A stretch of DNA of 63,481 nucleotides, filler included, from Diploschistes diacapsis (taxonomy: Eukaryota): the NCBI GenBank assembly GCA_023645945.1. It is 25 parts of 25 records of this genome, joined end to end, with 100 filler letters (N's around TTAATTAATTAA, not from the genome) between each part and the next. Parts side by side here need not be neighbours in the genome. Positions count along the whole stretch, not along the records: positions 60,188 to 61,784 come from JALAIB010002835.1; positions 61,885 to 63,481 come from JALAIB010002836.1; 23 more parts are not named here. One strand, 5' to 3'. Below the pieces are notes generated by a model. That model made no database searches and had not been told where the DNA came from. It saw only the letters and a program-made list of their open reading frames with translations. The position numbers and the translations under genes are program-made. Positions 61,522 through 63,481 of the stretch are shown here, piece by piece. The number at the start of each line of letters is the position of its first letter. Position 1 is the stretch's first letter.

Positions 61522-61737
61522 TGTTGAGCAGACAGGCAGAAGGCATGGCTGGGAGTTCGACTGAATTCTAGAACGAGGTTCAGTTCAGCTGAACCTTCTG
61601 GAATTCCGACTAGACCGATTTAGAACTAATGCAGGTAGTAAGGCTTAGCGTATCACACAAGGATAAAAGTCTATAAAGTAGGATAGTTTCCTAGATAAAA
61701 CCTCTAAACTTCAATATATCCATTACGTTGCCAAACA
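61522..61737 (+). mobile_element. Solo LTR of family D with 5-bp TSD AATCT
   Basis: AATCT|TGTTGAGC...GCCAAACA|AATCT. Confidence 0.9.
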
Positions 61738-62403
61738 AATCTAATATTTAGATTAATGATTAAATGATCTAGACTATTTATAATNNNNNNNNNNNNNNNN
61801 NNNNNNNNNNNNNNNNNNNNNNNNNNNNTTAATTAATTAANNNNNNNNNNNNNNNNNNNNNNNNNNNNNNNNNNNNNNNNNNNNATAAATATTGTATTCG
61901 AAATAGAATTTTACTGTTATAATGATTTCATTTATCGTTAATAGATACGATTTTAATTATATTGTTCCTCCGTTATATATACCGACCGGACATTCTATTA
62001 TCAAATAATCGTACAAAAGATAATAATTCTAAGTTATCATAATATTATACCGTTTTACCTACGATACTAATACGGATGAGCTACGATAAAGAAAATACTT
62101 TCTTTTTAATAAAATCGTCCGTTATATATAAAGTATGTAATTAAATCGAGTAGCTTTTCCGTAAATAAAACATCGATAAATTTTCGCCTCGTGATATGTT
62201 TTACGAATGCTCGTGGGATAAATAAGTATTTTATTATTAATTTTTTTTAAATAAATAACGCTTTAGTTGACTAACGATAGACCTACGGTATTCAACCGTC
62301 ATTCTCGCCTTTCGGGTGTTTTGGCTCAGGCACATCAAGGGCTAACAATACTGTATCTAAGTCTTTTTAATTAAATAACGCTTTTATTAACCTGCGATAG
62401 ACC

Positions 62404-63043
62404 TAGGCTGGCCGTCACGGACACTAATACGGCCGTGTCCGTGGCACGGACACGGCCGTGGCAGTATCCGTGTTTTGAAATTTTTAGCCGTAATGTCCGT
62501 GTCCGTGCTTTTACTATAGTATAATGTCCGTAGAAGTATCCGTGTTCTAAAAATTTTAATCGTAATATCCGTGTTCGTATTTTTACTGTAGTATAATGTC
62601 CGTGAAAGTCTCCGTGTTTTAAAATTTTTAATCGTAATATTCGTATTAATGGATTTATTATCGTATCCGTGCATTTATCGAAACATTTTTAAGTAATATT
62701 TATTTTTTAATAGTTTTAAAATTATTACGTTTATTTTTCACGTTTTTATCTTTTTATCGTAATATTTCGGTAAATTCACGATTATATTTCGATAAATTTA
62801 TTATAATATAATATCCGTGGTAATATCGTGTTTTAAAAATTATAACGGTAATATCCGTAGAAATGTCCGTGTTTTAAAATTTTTAGTCGTAATATTCGTG
62901 TCCGTGCTTTTATTGTAGTGTAGTGTCCGTGGAAGTATCCGTGTTTTAAAATTTTAACGGTAGTGTCCGTGGCAGTGTTGTGTTTTAAAAAATTTCTCGG
63001 TAGTTGTCCGTGGAAGTGTCCGTGGCACGAAACGGCCAGCCTA
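62404..63043. mobile_element. Complete non-autonomous hAT-type element (640 bp)
   Basis: 12-bp TIR TAGGCTGGCCGT/ACGGCCAGCCTA; perfect 8-bp TSD GATAGACC; interior made of TGTCCGTG repeats. Confidence 0.92.
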
Positions 63044-63481
63044 GATAGACCTACGGTATATTACCGTCGTCCTCGTTTTCCGGGTTTTTTAATTTAGGGC
63101 GGAGTTTTCTAAACTTTCGCAACATCGCGGCGCCCTTACGCAGGGCCTACGGTATTATATTAAATATATTTCGGTATGATATAACGGATAACTTATTTAA
63201 CCTAACAAGCTTTTATTTTAAAATAAACAATAATCTATTAATTTAATAATCCGTTTCGTAATAATCTAATTTTCGTAATGATATATCGGTAGGATTTATC
63301 TTACCGAGACGGTGCGTGATAATAAAATTAAAAGAAGTCAGGCGTATTATCCAGCTTATTTACTTATCGGTTAAAGAGTTTTGATTTATAAAACCCTTTA
63401 AGTTATTATGGTCCGTAAAAACCTCGATAGCATATCGAGCGTCTTCCAGATAATACCTCTAATATTTTAAAACTTCTATAA

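Overview
Filamentous ascomycete (Pezizomycotina) DNA, and not one contiguous locus. It is 25 contigs joined by 24 artificial 100-bp spacers (N44-TTAATTAATTAA-N44). Twenty-four contigs are ~1.6 kb, in descending length order (1620 to 1597 bp). They consist almost entirely of AT-rich, RIP-like mutated, nested transposon relics: Gypsy/chromovirus and Copia LTR elements, Tad-like LINEs, Tc1 and Fot1/pogo elements, a hAT element and MITEs. One 22.5-kb contig (13742-36211) holds a GC-balanced gene island: an orphan ORF, 12-exon RLI1/ABCE1, an 83-aa hydrophilic protein, a 4-TM membrane protein, tRNA-Arg(CCG), intronless APC1/bimE, an AMSH-like JAMM deubiquitinase with a probable GC-AG intron, a secreted Cys-containing protein, and a gene cut by the contig end. 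The most notable signals are in the repeat fraction: (1) a chromovirus family whose primer-binding site is complementary to its own LTR (Tf1-type self-priming), plus a copy fixed as a fold-back hairpin exactly at that site; (2) a complete 602-bp TRIM-like mini-retroelement with a target-site duplication; (3) an intact small secreted Cys-rich effector-like gene among the RIP debris; (4) an antisense accessory ORF conserved in one LTR family. All family assignments come from motif recognition, not database searches.
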